From positions 3,136,001-3,200,000 of the forward strand of contig CBDFIQ010000002.1 of assembly GCA_965248195.1 (NCBI GenBank): a stretch of DNA of 64,000 nt, read 5' to 3'. This document shows positions 28,966 to 39,505 of this stretch, in pieces. The stretch is from Longimicrobiales bacterium (GTDB lineage: Bacteria > Gemmatimonadota > Gemmatimonadetes > Longimicrobiales > Gaopeijiaceae). Within the stretch, counting starts at the first letter, position 1, and each line of letters starts with the position of its first letter. Under the pieces are notes generated by a model. The model was not told the origin of the DNA. It saw only the letters and a list, made by a program, of their open reading frames with translations, and made no database searches. Position numbers and translations under genes: made by a program.

Positions 28966-31203
28966 TCACCTCAGCACGTCGAATTGGCGGCTGTACTTGA
29001 TGATGAAGGTCCGGTTGATCGGACCCAGGCCTTCCAGTGCTTGCGTCGCGTTGTACACGATAAACAAACCCGAGCCGGCACCCGAAGCGTTCAACAATGC
29101 GAACCGGAGGTACCCACTCCAGTTTTCGTCCCGGTCGTTGTACTGGATGAGTGATTGGAAGTTTACCTGTGGCGTAAAGCTGTAGTTGAAGCGGGCCTGA
29201 CCCAGATTCGTGACGAAGGCACCCCAGGGGAGATCGATCTCCTGCCAAGTCCACCCCATGGACGCGGTGAACTTGCCTCCGCTTCGCACACGCAGGGTGT
29301 TGTTAATGGAGGTCTGAGTTCCGGACAAGAAACCTCCCAGCACCAAGTTGGTGCTGAAAGACACGGTACGCCTCGAGTCGGTACTCACGCGCGCTTCGGT
29401 GTGGACGTAGTCGTACTCCCCCGCCGGTACCACCACGCCCGGAGAAATCTCGAAGGGCACTTGGAAGCCCTCCGAATTGACGTCGACCAAAGGACTGAAT
29501 CCCCACCCGTTCTCGAAATCGACGGGGAGGTGCATGTGCCAGATCTGCTCCTCCTTGAAGCCATCGAGATCCCAGAAGGTGGTCAACTGGGTATGAGGAT
29601 TCAGCTGGCGAAGCCAGGCGATATTGGGCGCCTGATACCTCCAAGCAATACGGAAGTCAGACGACCGGAACGACCCTCGCCTCAAGAAACCCACTTCCGG
29701 GTTGAAGCCGTCGCCGACTTGTGTGTACTCGACGCTGTTCTCCAAACCGCCTCGCCTGTACTCTCCACGGAAGTTATACGCCATCTCGTCACCACTCTCG
29801 CCAGGGGTGACCGTCCGTGAGATGAAGCCACGCAGGTCCGTGTACTGGCCCGCCCCAAGCCTGCCGTCTAGGCCGAACGTGCGATTCCAGTCGTCGGACG
29901 CGGAACCGGATCCCATCGCGTCTCGATTCACCACGATCGCCCCCAAACTGGACCGGTTCGGCAACTCGCGGCTCACGCGGGCCATCGAATAGTTGTTGTA
30001 TGGCGTGAGCACTGCTCGCGGATCAACAAGACTCTCGGTCGCCAGAAGCCGATCGGTCTGCATGGTGAGGAAGGCGAGGTTGAACTGGCCGGCTCTCCCA
30101 CTCATGCGGGCGCCACCCAGGATCGGGACCGCCGCTCTGGTGGACGCGTCGACGCCGATCCTCCGGCTGAAGAAGAGGTCGACCCCGGGCTTGCCCGCTG
30201 CGAACAGGCCCGCGTTCTCGAGAAAGAACGGTCGCTTCTCGGGAAAGCGAACGTTGAAGCGCGTCAGGTTGACCACCTGCTGATCGACTTCGACCTGCGC
30301 GAAGTCGGTGTTATACGTGAGATCCAAGGTCAGACTCGGCGTCACACCGTACTTCACATCGAGGCCGAAAGCGCCGTCGAGGTCTGCCTCGGTCTCCAGA
30401 GGGTTCGTATATGCACGCGAGGCCGAGCCCACCGCGTAGGGTGTGACCTTGAGATTTCGCGGTTCCTCCAGCTCGAGGCCGTGAAGCTCTCCCGCTTGCG
30501 AGAGCCGGTAGAGGTTATAGACCTGCCCGATAGGGGCCCAAAACAGCTGCTCGCGGCTGCGGCTGATGTTACGCTGGAAGTTCACTCCCCAAACCTGGGG
30601 CTTCGTCCCGTAGCGAAGGCTGCTGAGCGGAATCTCGAACTCGGCCGTCCAACCCACGTCGGTCACACGGGTGCGCACCGTCCAACTGGCATCCCAGTTT
30701 CGATTGAAGCCCGCTCCCGAGCCCACATTCGAAGTAGATCGGCCGCCGCCCCTGATGCCCCCACCCTCGTTCGTGACCTGGCCGTCGAACTCGATTCCTG
30801 CAGGGTTGGTCCCGAAAACAAATCCATTCTGCCGATCATGGTAGGTGTCGAAGATGATCTGGAACGAGTCCATGCCGCCCAGCCCCGAGTCGCGACGACT
30901 GTCGGTGACCAAGATTTCGTCGGGCTCACTGTCGTAGAGGATCGCTCCGATGAAGATCGCGCTTTCGTCGTAGAGGATCCGGATCTCGGTCCTCTCAGTC
31001 GCGGGGTTACCCACGATGGGCGCCTGCTGGACGAATCCGGTGAAGGGCTCGGCCCGTGCCCAAACCGCGTCGTCGATGAACCCGTCGATCGTCGGGGCTT
31101 CGTCGACAAGCGTCGCCCACCCAACCCGGCTGGTGTTCTGCCCCGAGACCATCGCAGCCGAGAAAAGCATCGCGACGGGGACGATGAACGTGAAACGTAT
31201 CAT
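28966..31203 (-). CDS. CBM9-like + DUF5916 outer-membrane protein (paralog of 19596-21920)
   Basis: NTDFAQVEVD, FPEKRPFFLE, FFSRRIG; signal peptide. Confidence 0.82.
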   Translation of the reverse strand: MIRFTFIVPVAMLFSAAMVSGQNTSRVGWATLVDEAPTIDGFIDDAVWARAEPFTGFVQQAPIVGNPATERTEIRILYDESAIFIGAILYDSEPDEILVTDSRRDSGLGGMDSFQIIFDTYHDRQNGFVFGTNPAGIEFDGQVTNEGGGIRGGGRSTSNVGSGAGFNRNWDASWTVRTRVTDVGWTAEFEIPLSSLRYGTKPQVWGVNFQRNISRSREQLFWAPIGQVYNLYRLSQAGELHGLELEEPRNLKVTPYAVGSASRAYTNPLETEADLDGAFGLDVKYGVTPSLTLDLTYNTDFAQVEVDQQVVNLTRFNVRFPEKRPFFLENAGLFAAGKPGVDLFFSRRIGVDASTRAAVPILGGARMSGRAGQFNLAFLTMQTDRLLATESLVDPRAVLTPYNNYSMARVSRELPNRSSLGAIVVNRDAMGSGSASDDWNRTFGLDGRLGAGQYTDLRGFISRTVTPGESGDEMAYNFRGEYRRGGLENSVEYTQVGDGFNPEVGFLRRGSFRSSDFRIAWRYQAPNIAWLRQLNPHTQLTTFWDLDGFKEEQIWHMHLPVDFENGWGFSPLVDVNSEGFQVPFEISPGVVVPAGEYDYVHTEARVSTDSRRTVSFSTNLVLGGFLSGTQTSINNTLRVRSGGKFTASMGWTWQEIDLPWGAFVTNLGQARFNYSFTPQVNFQSLIQYNDRDENWSGYLRFALLNASGAGSGLFIVYNATQALEGLGPINRTFIIKYSRQFDVLR

Positions 31204-31433
31204 TTGGTCATTCCGATGAAGCCCTCAGACAACTGGATCGGATATCGGCGCGCTCCGTGATCTGACAAAGAGCAACATCCTATGGAGTGGGTCGGGAGAT
31301 GCAAGCAGTGGGCCATCGCCTTTCCGGAGATCGCGCCTGGCTACCTCGGAATCGAACGACAGCGACCGACGTGCGCGCAGCCGACCTCCGCGTACATTGA
31401 CGATCAAGTTTTCTTCTTCGATAGGAAGGAGCC

Positions 31434-32720
31434 ATGAGACCCTCGATCCTCGGTTCGCTCCGATTCGCTCTGGCGGCGGCGGTCGCGCTCACGACCACGA
31501 GCTGCACGGAGCAGACGGCCCTCCTCGAATGTGACGCCGACAACGGCGGCATCCAGCTTCCAGACGGGTTCTGCGCGTTCGTCGTCGCGGACGCTCTCGG
31601 CGCGGCACGGCACCTGGACGTGGCCCCGAACGGCGACATCTTCGTGGCGATCCGTAACCAGCCGAACGCATCAGGCGGGATCATCGCCTTGCGCGACACC
31701 GACGGAGACGGCCGGGCGGACCTCGAGGAGCGATTCGGCGAGGACGGCGGAACGAGCATACAGCTGCGAGGCGACTATCTGTACTTCGGTCGCGACAACG
31801 CGATCGTCCGCTACCCGATGACATCAGGCGAGCTCGTGCCGGACGGGCCTGCCGAGGTGATCGCGACGTTACCGGATCAGCGATCCCACGCGTCCAAGGG
31901 CTTCGCCTTCGACGGTGAGGGCGGGTTGTACGTGAACGTCGGCGCGCCCGCGAACGCATGTCAGGCGCAGGATCGAGAGCCCGGAGTCCCCGGCATGGAC
32001 CCGTGCCCGCTGCTCGAGAATCACGGGGGCGTGTGGAAGTTCGACGCGGATCGGCCGGGTCAGACGCAGGCGTCGGGCACTCGCTACGCGACCGGGATGC
32101 GGCAGAACTTCGCCATGGCCTGGCATCCGTCCGCGGCGGGGCTCTACCTGGTTCAGCACGGCCGCGATCAGCTGAACACGTTGTGGGAGGGCTTCACGGA
32201 GGAGCAGAACGCCGAGCTGCCTTCGGAGGAATTCATGAGGGTGGAAGAGGGCTCCAACTTCGGCTGGCCGTACTGCTACCACGATTGGCAGCAGGACAAG
32301 CGGGTGTTGTCGCCGGAGTACAGTGGCGACGGCATGGAGGTCGGCCGCTGCGCCGAGTTCGATCTCCCCTTGATCGGCTTCCCGGGCCACTGGGCGCCTA
32401 ACGCGTTGATGTTCTATACGGGCGGGCAGTTTCCGGAGAGATACAGGGGCGGTGCGTTCATCGTGTTCCACGGTTCGTGGAACCGGGCGCCGTTACCTCA
32501 GGGCGGGTACAAGGTCGTGTTCGTACCGTTCGACGGCGACGCGCCAGCCACGGGCGACTACGAAATCTTCGCGGACGGCTTCGCCGGCCAGACGCCCTTG
32601 ATGGACCGCGACGACGCGCCTTACCGGCCCTCCGGCGTCGCCGTGGGTCCGGACGGTAGCGTCTACATCTCCAACGACAGGACCGGCCGAATCTGGAGAG
32701 TGATGTACCCGGGCGCCTGA
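31434..32720 (+). CDS. PQQ-dependent sugar/sorbosone dehydrogenase family lipoprotein
   Basis: LPDGF, YATGMRQ, NFGWPYCY, HWAPNAL, HGSWNR, RPSGVAVGPDG. Confidence 0.85.
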   Translation: MRPSILGSLRFALAAAVALTTTSCTEQTALLECDADNGGIQLPDGFCAFVVADALGAARHLDVAPNGDIFVAIRNQPNASGGIIALRDTDGDGRADLEERFGEDGGTSIQLRGDYLYFGRDNAIVRYPMTSGELVPDGPAEVIATLPDQRSHASKGFAFDGEGGLYVNVGAPANACQAQDREPGVPGMDPCPLLENHGGVWKFDADRPGQTQASGTRYATGMRQNFAMAWHPSAAGLYLVQHGRDQLNTLWEGFTEEQNAELPSEEFMRVEEGSNFGWPYCYHDWQQDKRVLSPEYSGDGMEVGRCAEFDLPLIGFPGHWAPNALMFYTGGQFPERYRGGAFIVFHGSWNRAPLPQGGYKVVFVPFDGDAPATGDYEIFADGFAGQTPLMDRDDAPYRPSGVAVGPDGSVYISNDRTGRIWRVMYPGA

Positions 32721-32779
32721 GCCTCAACCTGGGCTTCCCACAGACATTAGTCAGCGTCTCGCGCCACGGGAGGAGTCCA

Positions 32780-34087
32780 ATGTTACAGGTGCTACGGGAC
32801 CGGTTCAAACTAGCCGAGCAGGGCACTTCGGTCGGCAAAGAGGCGCTTGCCGGGGCGACGACTTGGGTCACGATGGTGTACATCGTGGCCGTAAACCCGC
32901 TCATGCTCGAAAACGCGCAGATGGACTTCGGCGCGGTCTTCGTAGCGACCTGTCTGGCCGCGGCGTTCGGAAGCATGTTCATGGGGGCCGTCGCCAACTT
33001 GCCGCTTGCTCTTGCCCCGGGCATGGGGCTGAACGCCTTCTTCACCTACAGCATCGTGATCGGGATGAACCTCCCCTGGCAGACCGCTTTGGGTGCAGTT
33101 TTCTGGTCTGGGGTCCTATTCCTGATCCTCAGCCTGACTGGTGTTCGGGAGCGAATCGTCTATGCGATGCCCACGAGCATCAAGACAGGCATCGCTATCG
33201 GCATCGGCCTCTTTCTCGCGGTTATCGGCCTTGGGAACGCCGGGGTTATCGTCCAAGGCGAGGGTGCCCTGCTTGCCATGGGCGACCTGAAGACTTGGTC
33301 CGCGAGCCTGTTCGCCGTCGGTTTCATACTTACCGTCGCTCTGTTCGTGCGGGGGAGCTCACTTGCGGTGCTAGCCGGGATCTTGGTCGTGGCGGTGGTC
33401 GCGTGGTTCTTGGACCCGAGCTTCGGGTTTCCTACGTCGGTGGTCGCGCTCCCGCCCTCGTTGGGCCCAACCTTCCTGGAGCTCGAAATCCTGCTACCGC
33501 TCGAAGTCGGATTCGTGAGCGTTATTCTGGCCCTGTTGTTCGTTGATCTCTTCGACACTTCGGGCACCCTTGTGGCGGTGGCGAAACAAGGTGACCTCGA
33601 AACAGAAGAGGGGAAGATCCCCAATCTTGGCCGTGCAATGCTGGCCGACAGCAGCGCAACTGTTGCCGGTGCCCTGCTCGGCACCTCGACCACCACGTCG
33701 TACATCGAGAGTACCACGGGTATCTCGGTCGGAGGCCGTACCGGCCTGACAGCAATGGTGGTCGGCCTGCTCTTCTTGGCAACGCTGTTCGTGGCTCCTT
33801 TCGTAGCCGCCATTCCGCCTTACGCAACCGCACCCGCGCTCGTGTTTGTGGCGGTGCTGCTCATTGGCTCATTGAGTGAGTTCGAGGCCTGGAACGACTT
33901 CTCGGAGTCGGCCCCCCTTGTTATCACCGCCATCATGATGCCCTTGAGCTTCTCGATCGCGGACGGGATCGCCTCAGGGATCCTGACCTACGTCCTGATC
34001 AAGCTACTCGCGGGCAAGCACGGAGACCTGAACGGGATGTTGATTGGGCTCGCCGTGATCTTCCTAGGTAAGTTCGTGCTACTGTGA
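32780..34087 (+). CDS. NCS2/AzgA family purine permease
   Basis: APGMGLNAFF, DLFDTSGT, TSYIES, GGRTGL, SIADGI. Confidence 0.92.
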   Translation: MLQVLRDRFKLAEQGTSVGKEALAGATTWVTMVYIVAVNPLMLENAQMDFGAVFVATCLAAAFGSMFMGAVANLPLALAPGMGLNAFFTYSIVIGMNLPWQTALGAVFWSGVLFLILSLTGVRERIVYAMPTSIKTGIAIGIGLFLAVIGLGNAGVIVQGEGALLAMGDLKTWSASLFAVGFILTVALFVRGSSLAVLAGILVVAVVAWFLDPSFGFPTSVVALPPSLGPTFLELEILLPLEVGFVSVILALLFVDLFDTSGTLVAVAKQGDLETEEGKIPNLGRAMLADSSATVAGALLGTSTTTSYIESTTGISVGGRTGLTAMVVGLLFLATLFVAPFVAAIPPYATAPALVFVAVLLIGSLSEFEAWNDFSESAPLVITAIMMPLSFSIADGIASGILTYVLIKLLAGKHGDLNGMLIGLAVIFLGKFVLL

Positions 34088-34108
34088 CGTAGGATGGCGC
34101 TCGCACCT

Positions 34109-35071
34109 CTACGGCGGCGGCGCGGCTCCATCGCGACTCCCACTCACGCGCAGCTTGATCTCCAGAGGCACCCGTGTCCCGTAATCCGTCACACCACTGA
34201 GCCTCGAGAAGTACCGGTACGCGGCATCCGAAGCCGCTTCGACTACGGCTCCGCCGTTGCCTCCGTAGTTGGACATGACAGAAAGGATGTATGGCCTGTC
34301 GGGCATGCCGACCAGCGCCCAGACCGTGGCCACGCCGGTGATCCCCCCGGGCTTGAACGCTACCGGAATCGCACGCGGGATGGGGGTGCGAATCGGCCCG
34401 CCCTTGTAGATCTCCAGGATTTCGCGGACCCGGGCGCAAGAGCCCTCGCTCATGGGCAGATCGCACTTGGCGATCCGCTCCATGATCCGGGCCGCGTCCC
34501 TCGGCGTCGAGAGGTTCTCGTTCCCACGAGCGGACTCTTCGGGTTGGATCATCTTGCGCTGGAGCTTCGTGTTCGACGCACCTAAGGACATGGACAAGGC
34601 GTTGATCGCGTCCATGCCGAGCTCATCGATCAGCACGTTGGTCGCCGTATTGTCGGAGTACACGATCATGTAGATCGCGTAATCCTCCAGCGAGAGCGTC
34701 GACCCACCGTCGCTAACGTGCTGCAGCACGCCGCTTCCACCCGTACGGACCTTGTCGTTCATCTCGACGCGCTTGGAGAGGATTCCCGCGTCCGTCTCCG
34801 CCCGCCGGTAGAGCTCAAGCAAAATCGGGATCTTGATTGCACTCGCCTGCGGGAAGAGGAGCTCGTCGTCGGCAGCGAACCGGTCGCCGGTCGTCAGATC
34901 CAACACGTGTACGCCAGCGACACCTTCGTACGACCCGACGATCTCTTCGAGTTGCACCTGGAACTTGCCGCGCAGGATTTCGAGGTGGGTCTCCTGAGCG
35001 AACGAATCCGCAGCGATCAGCAGCGACATCGAGAGGCCCGCGCTGAGGGTAATACCGAGTCTCTTGGTCAT
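34109..35071 (-). CDS. Class A beta-lactamase-like serine hydrolase
   Basis: SAIK (SxxK), SDN, KPG in place of KTG; signal peptide. Confidence 0.8.
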   Translation of the reverse strand: MTKRLGITLSAGLSMSLLIAADSFAQETHLEILRGKFQVQLEEIVGSYEGVAGVHVLDLTTGDRFAADDELLFPQASAIKIPILLELYRRAETDAGILSKRVEMNDKVRTGGSGVLQHVSDGGSTLSLEDYAIYMIVYSDNTATNVLIDELGMDAINALSMSLGASNTKLQRKMIQPEESARGNENLSTPRDAARIMERIAKCDLPMSEGSCARVREILEIYKGGPIRTPIPRAIPVAFKPGGITGVATVWALVGMPDRPYILSVMSNYGGNGGAVVEAASDAAYRYFSRLSGVTDYGTRVPLEIKLRVSGSRDGAAPPP

Positions 35072-35075
35072 GGTG

Positions 35076-36269
35076 TCACCTTCTCGAGCGCCGGGTGCCA
35101 GAAAGGGGCGGGTCGGCCTGCATCAGCGCCAGTACAGCGAACGCTGTGGCTGCGTCGGCCATGAGGCTCCCTCTGTCGGATGTTGGATCTCTCTCTTTGT
35201 TGAGTGAGGAGGCGGGCCACCGGCCGCTGGTCGGGTCCTGGTTCTGCACGAGCCAGGCGAGGGCCTCACTCAGATTCTCCTGAGCGGGGGACACACCGGC
35301 CTTTTGCAGAACGAACGCGATCAACCCGGTAGCGTATCCATCGCTCCCGGGATCGGGAGAGAATCCATCCTGCCGTTCCCACGCTCCGAGGGAAGTGAGA
35401 CTCCAGCCCCCGTCGCTGTTCTGCAGGCGCATGACGTCACCGATGATGGACTGCCGTTGATCCCGTGTCAGAAGATCCGAGAGCTCGCTGGAAGCCCAAA
35501 GCAGCATGACTCGGTCTAGTGGTGGCCGGTTTCCCCAATCTTGCTGGAGATACGCCCTGAGCAACACCACTCGATCCTGGATTTCGGTCGAGGTTGCGTA
35601 TTGGTTCGGTGCGACTCCGACCGCAACGGCCGCGAGTGCAGCTCCGAAGTAAGCCGCCCCATCCGATTCCCAAGGGGCCAGGTCGAAGTACAGCCAAGCC
35701 CACGCACCGGCCCGCTCTCCCCGGGTGAACTGGAGCTTCCACAGATTCTCGAACGCCTGTCGTGCCTCGCTGGTCAGGTTTCCTTCCTGCGCGTCACGGC
35801 TGGCTAGGATCAGTGCATTCAGGATGGCTTCGGTTCCCCTCGACTCACTGGTTTTGGGGAGGCCGACTGTCTGATCGGGGTAGTACGGCTCCACTTCGTT
35901 CCACAACGCCACTCGCTTCGCGACGTCCTCCAGCAGATCTACTTCGGGAATGGTCGGGCCGGTCTCGCCCAGAGCCGTGCGCAGCGAGGGACGAGCCAGG
36001 GCGTACGGTAGCGCTGTATGACACGAGACGCAGGACGTATCGTGGTCGCGGGCCGCGACCGGCCAAGTCCTCCACCAGGCTTGTCGGCCGTCGAGGTAGT
36101 CGGCGGCTGCCGCCTGATCCCACTCGGCTGACAGAGGGGGCCGTGCCTGCGACTCGACCCGGGAAGGTCCGAGTGCGAGGCATATCCCCACTGCACATGC
36201 CACGGTAGTCCGCGGGCCCCCGACGGACCCGAGCCGGCGCTTCTGCGAATTCTCGGAGGGACTGATCAT
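35076..36269 (-). CDS. Prenyltransferase/terpene-cyclase-fold repeat protein with CxxCH
   Basis: QW-type repeats LQNSDGGW, NQDPTSGRW; CVSCH; signal-like N-terminus. Confidence 0.7.
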   Translation of the reverse strand: MISPSENSQKRRLGSVGGPRTTVACAVGICLALGPSRVESQARPPLSAEWDQAAAADYLDGRQAWWRTWPVAARDHDTSCVSCHTALPYALARPSLRTALGETGPTIPEVDLLEDVAKRVALWNEVEPYYPDQTVGLPKTSESRGTEAILNALILASRDAQEGNLTSEARQAFENLWKLQFTRGERAGAWAWLYFDLAPWESDGAAYFGAALAAVAVGVAPNQYATSTEIQDRVVLLRAYLQQDWGNRPPLDRVMLLWASSELSDLLTRDQRQSIIGDVMRLQNSDGGWSLTSLGAWERQDGFSPDPGSDGYATGLIAFVLQKAGVSPAQENLSEALAWLVQNQDPTSGRWPASSLNKERDPTSDRGSLMADAATAFAVLALMQADPPLSGTRRSRR

Positions 36270-36369
36270 AGCTTGCTCTAGCCCGGGTAATAGTGGAAAC
36301 GACTTCTACTTGTGGTCAACGGCCAGATCGACCGTCGCCATACCTCTTTCGCTCGGTCGCGCTCGATCA

Positions 36370-36423
36370 AGGTCAACATCCGAGGGCGGGCCGGTGGGCG
36401 CAAGCAGAAGCCTGTTGGACGCC
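36370..36423 (-). promoter_or_regulatory. Dispersed ~50-bp repeat copy 1, promoter-like TTGCGC-N17-GATGTT
   Basis: Homologous to 37824-37873 and 41645-41699; points toward the 36269 gene. Confidence 0.6.
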
Positions 36424-36560
36424 CAGCGAAGATCCCCGATACATTGACCGGCCTGGCCCTGACTCTCACGTTATCCCGATTCGTCAAAGGGCCGTTGAAG
36501 GTGGAGAGATGCCTGAGTAGCCCTCGACTGCCTCGAAGAACCCACGGCGCGGAGGAATAG

Positions 36561-37817
36561 ATGCTGGCGAAATCACGCTTGCAGATGAGCACGGGCGGGT
36601 GGGCGATGCTGACCGCCTTTCTGCTTCCATGCACGGCCGGTGCGCAGACCGTCGGGGAGCCGCTGCCCGCTTGGTCCCCAGGGGTTCTCGACATCCACCA
36701 GATCAGCACGGGGCGGGGCGACGCGGCGCTGCTCGTGTTTCCGGACGGCACGTCGCTGCTGGTCGACGCAGGCGATGGCAACCCCGAGCCGCCGGCGGGT
36801 GCGAATCGCGTACCCGATGGATCACGTTCGGTAGGCGAATGGATCGCGCGGTACGTGCGACGCATACTGTCGCATCAGGCCGACCCGGCGATCGACTACG
36901 GCCTCATCACGCATTTTCATGGCGATCACATGGGGCGTCTCGAGCCGACGACACCGGCTGAACCGGGCGGCGAGTACCAGCTGAGCGGGTTCACCGATGT
37001 GGCCTACCACATGCCGATCCGGACGATGCTCGACCGTGGGTGGCCCGACTACGCGTATCCGCGTCCACTCGACAACCCGATGATGGACAACTATCGCACG
37101 TTCCTCGACGTAGAGGGAGAGCGCCGTGGGATGACCGTGGAACGGGTTGAGCCGGGCCGCGTGGACCAGATCGTGCTCAGATATGAGCCCGACCGGTATC
37201 CGAACTTCACGGTTCGCAACGTAGCCGCCAACGGCGAGGTGTGGACCGGCGCCGGCGACGGCACGTGGCACCACTTTCCGGCGCTCGCGGAGATTCCACC
37301 AGAGGACTGGCCCACCGAAAACCAGTGCAGCATTGCCATCCGCGTGAGCTACGGCGCGTTCGACTTCTACACCGGGGGTGACATGCCGGGTCAGCCGGCG
37401 CCTGGGCTTCCGGCATGGCAGAACGTCGAGCGGCCAGTTGCGGAGGCGATCGGACCGGTCGACGTGGCCGTCGCCAATCATCACGGTCTCGGTGACACGA
37501 CAACCACGTTCTTCGTGCGCTCACTCCGACCACGCGTGTGGATCGTTCCGTCGAGAATGGCCGGGCATCCCGATCGGTGGGTGTTTGCCCGCATGTCATC
37601 GACCCGGCTTTACGACGGACCACGGGACATCTTCTCGGTCACGACGCAGGAGGCGACACGTCAGATCATCGTCCAGCTCAGAGAACTCGACAGCGAGCAG
37701 GGGCACATCGTTGTCCGAGTGGAGAGCGGCGGCGCCCGCTACCGCGTCATCATTCTCGACGACTCTGACGAGAACGCAACGGTCAAGGCGATACACGGAC
37801 CGTACGCCGCTCGGTGA
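36561..37817 (+). CDS. MBL-fold metallo-hydrolase (ComEC/Rec2-like), exported
   Basis: GRGDAAL, LVDAG, THFHGDH, TGGD, NHHG. Confidence 0.82.
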   Translation: MLAKSRLQMSTGGWAMLTAFLLPCTAGAQTVGEPLPAWSPGVLDIHQISTGRGDAALLVFPDGTSLLVDAGDGNPEPPAGANRVPDGSRSVGEWIARYVRRILSHQADPAIDYGLITHFHGDHMGRLEPTTPAEPGGEYQLSGFTDVAYHMPIRTMLDRGWPDYAYPRPLDNPMMDNYRTFLDVEGERRGMTVERVEPGRVDQIVLRYEPDRYPNFTVRNVAANGEVWTGAGDGTWHHFPALAEIPPEDWPTENQCSIAIRVSYGAFDFYTGGDMPGQPAPGLPAWQNVERPVAEAIGPVDVAVANHHGLGDTTTTFFVRSLRPRVWIVPSRMAGHPDRWVFARMSSTRLYDGPRDIFSVTTQEATRQIIVQLRELDSEQGHIVVRVESGGARYRVIILDDSDENATVKAIHGPYAAR

Positions 37818-37823
37818 AGGCGA

Positions 37824-37873
37824 GTCAACATCCGAGAGCAGGCCGGTAGGCGCAAGCAGAAGCCCGTCAGACG
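37824..37873 (-). promoter_or_regulatory. Dispersed ~50-bp repeat copy 2
   Basis: rc cgtctgacgggcttctgcttgcgcctaccggcctgctctcggatgttgac. Confidence 0.6.
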
Positions 37874-38043
37874 AGCCTGAACGTGCAGCGGCAACGTGCA
37901 CGGCTCGGGGACGGATTGGCCCAGCGCAAGGATGAACAATGTGCTGACCGCCTGCTCATACAGCAGGAGAAGGGCTATCGGCCCGGTCCCATTTTCTCGT
38001 GCTGACGGTGGCTTGGGTGAGTCGTGCGCCTCCAGCCCGAGAA

Positions 38044-38076
38044 GACGGCCACCTCCGAACGATGGGGGTGGCCGTC
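38044..38076 (-). terminator. GC hairpin; same 30-bp sequence as the 44493-44522 terminator, inverted
   Basis: gacggccacctcc-gaacgat-gggggtggccgtc. Confidence 0.6.
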
Positions 38077-38219
38077 GCGCCTGACCCGGTCTTTCTTGAT
38101 GGTGTTAGACAGATGTCAGCTTGAGGGTGTCGATAGAAGCGAGAGGGCCGGCTCCTGTAGGCAGCGTCGAACCAGTCGAGAAGTTTTATGTCTTCTACAC
38201 CCACTCCTCATACTCCTGC

Positions 38220-38292
38220 GCCTAAGATGGGATCCGCAGGTGAAGCGCGCCGGCCACCAGGTTACCGCGTCTACAGCAAGGGCGAGTTAGGT
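38220..38292 (-). other. Degenerate attC-like integron recombination site
   Basis: Minus strand ACCTAAC...CTTAGGC; left arm matches the 40960 site. Confidence 0.5.
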
Positions 38293-38300
38293 GGTACCAG

Positions 38301-39500
38301 GGTACGCTGACCCATGATAGGTAACACTTTGCTGAACCATGATGGGTGACAGTCTCAGATCCTAACATGGGCCTCCACAAGGAGGCGCCATGCCATGGTT
38401 GGAGACCGATCCCATGAACGAACGAAAGCGATTCATTCTCGAAGCTGCCGCCGGCCTGTTCTCGCACACGGAGCTCTGCCTGCGTCACGGCGTCAGCCGT
38501 AAGACCGGCTACAAGTGGCTCGAACGCTACGAGTCTGAGGGACCCGACGGCCTCGGAGATCGCCCTCATCGTGTCCGGGCGCATCCACACACCACCGAGC
38601 CACACGTAGTCGATGCCGCCTTGGAACTCCGCGGACAGCGGCGACGCTGGGGTGCCGACAAGATCCGCGCTCGGCTGCTGACTCTGCACCCTGACTGGAG
38701 TGTCCCCTCCGCCCGCATCCTCCACAAGTACTTCCTCCGCGGGGGACTCGTGAAGAAGCCGCGCAGGAGTCGTAGGCGTCCGCATCCAGGCAAGCCCACA
38801 GCTCCCTTCGACGCACCCAACGCCATCTGGTCGGCTGACTTCAAGGGTCAGTTCAAGACCCTCGACGGTTGTTACTGCTACCCACTCACCGTCCAGGATG
38901 GCTTCAGTCGTTATCTGCTCGCCTGCCAGGGGCTCGAGGGCACCACCTACTCCGCCTCCCGTCGCGTCTTTACTCGCCTTTTCCGTGAGTTCGGCCTGCC
39001 CCAGCGCATCCGCACCGACAACGGGACACCCTTCGCTTCCATTGCTCTCGGCCGCCTCTCCCGACTCTCCGTCTGGTGGATCAAGCTCGGTATCCTGCCC
39101 GACCTCATCGAGCCCGCCTCACCCCAACAGAACGGCCGTCACGAACGCATGCACAAAGACCTCAAGGCCGAGGCCACCATCCCGCCTGCCGGAAACCGTT
39201 CCGCCCAGCAGAAGCGCTTCAACTTCTTCCGCACCGACTTCAACCAGATCCGTCCTCACGAAGCCCTAGGCCAGAAGCCGCCTGCTTCCGCATATCAACC
39301 CTCCACCCGCTCGTTCCCGACGAAGCTGAGCACACCCGACTACCCTGCTCACTTCGAAGTCCGCAAAGTCTCAACAAACGGAGGTATCCGATGGCACTCC
39401 GTCTGGATCAACGTCTCTCACCTGCTCGGTGGAGACTACATCGGTCTCGAAGAGATCGACCACGACATCTGGGCCGTCTACTTTGGCCCCGTCTCGCTCG
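38301..39500 (+). mobile_element. IS481-family element, 3' end missing
   Basis: Sub-terminal direct repeats 38306-38327 and 38331-38352; transposase ends abruptly at the IS256 left IR. Confidence 0.78.
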
Positions 39501-39505
39501 GGTAG
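38390..39505 (+). pseudogene. IS481-family transposase, C-terminally truncated
   Basis: MPW.E, GVSRKTGYKW, WSADFKG, IRTDNG, QNGRHER; the stop codon comes from IS256 sequence. Confidence 0.82.

Noticed and set aside
34109..35071. Functional beta-lactam resistance gene
   Set aside because: KPG replaces KTG and the omega-loop Glu is not clearly identifiable; family-level call only
35076..36269. Squalene-hopene cyclase
   Set aside because: Too short and lacks the DxDD motif
37956..38204. 82-aa minus-strand ORF as a real gene
   Set aside because: Runs through the junction motif and hairpin; at most a short decayed cassette fragment
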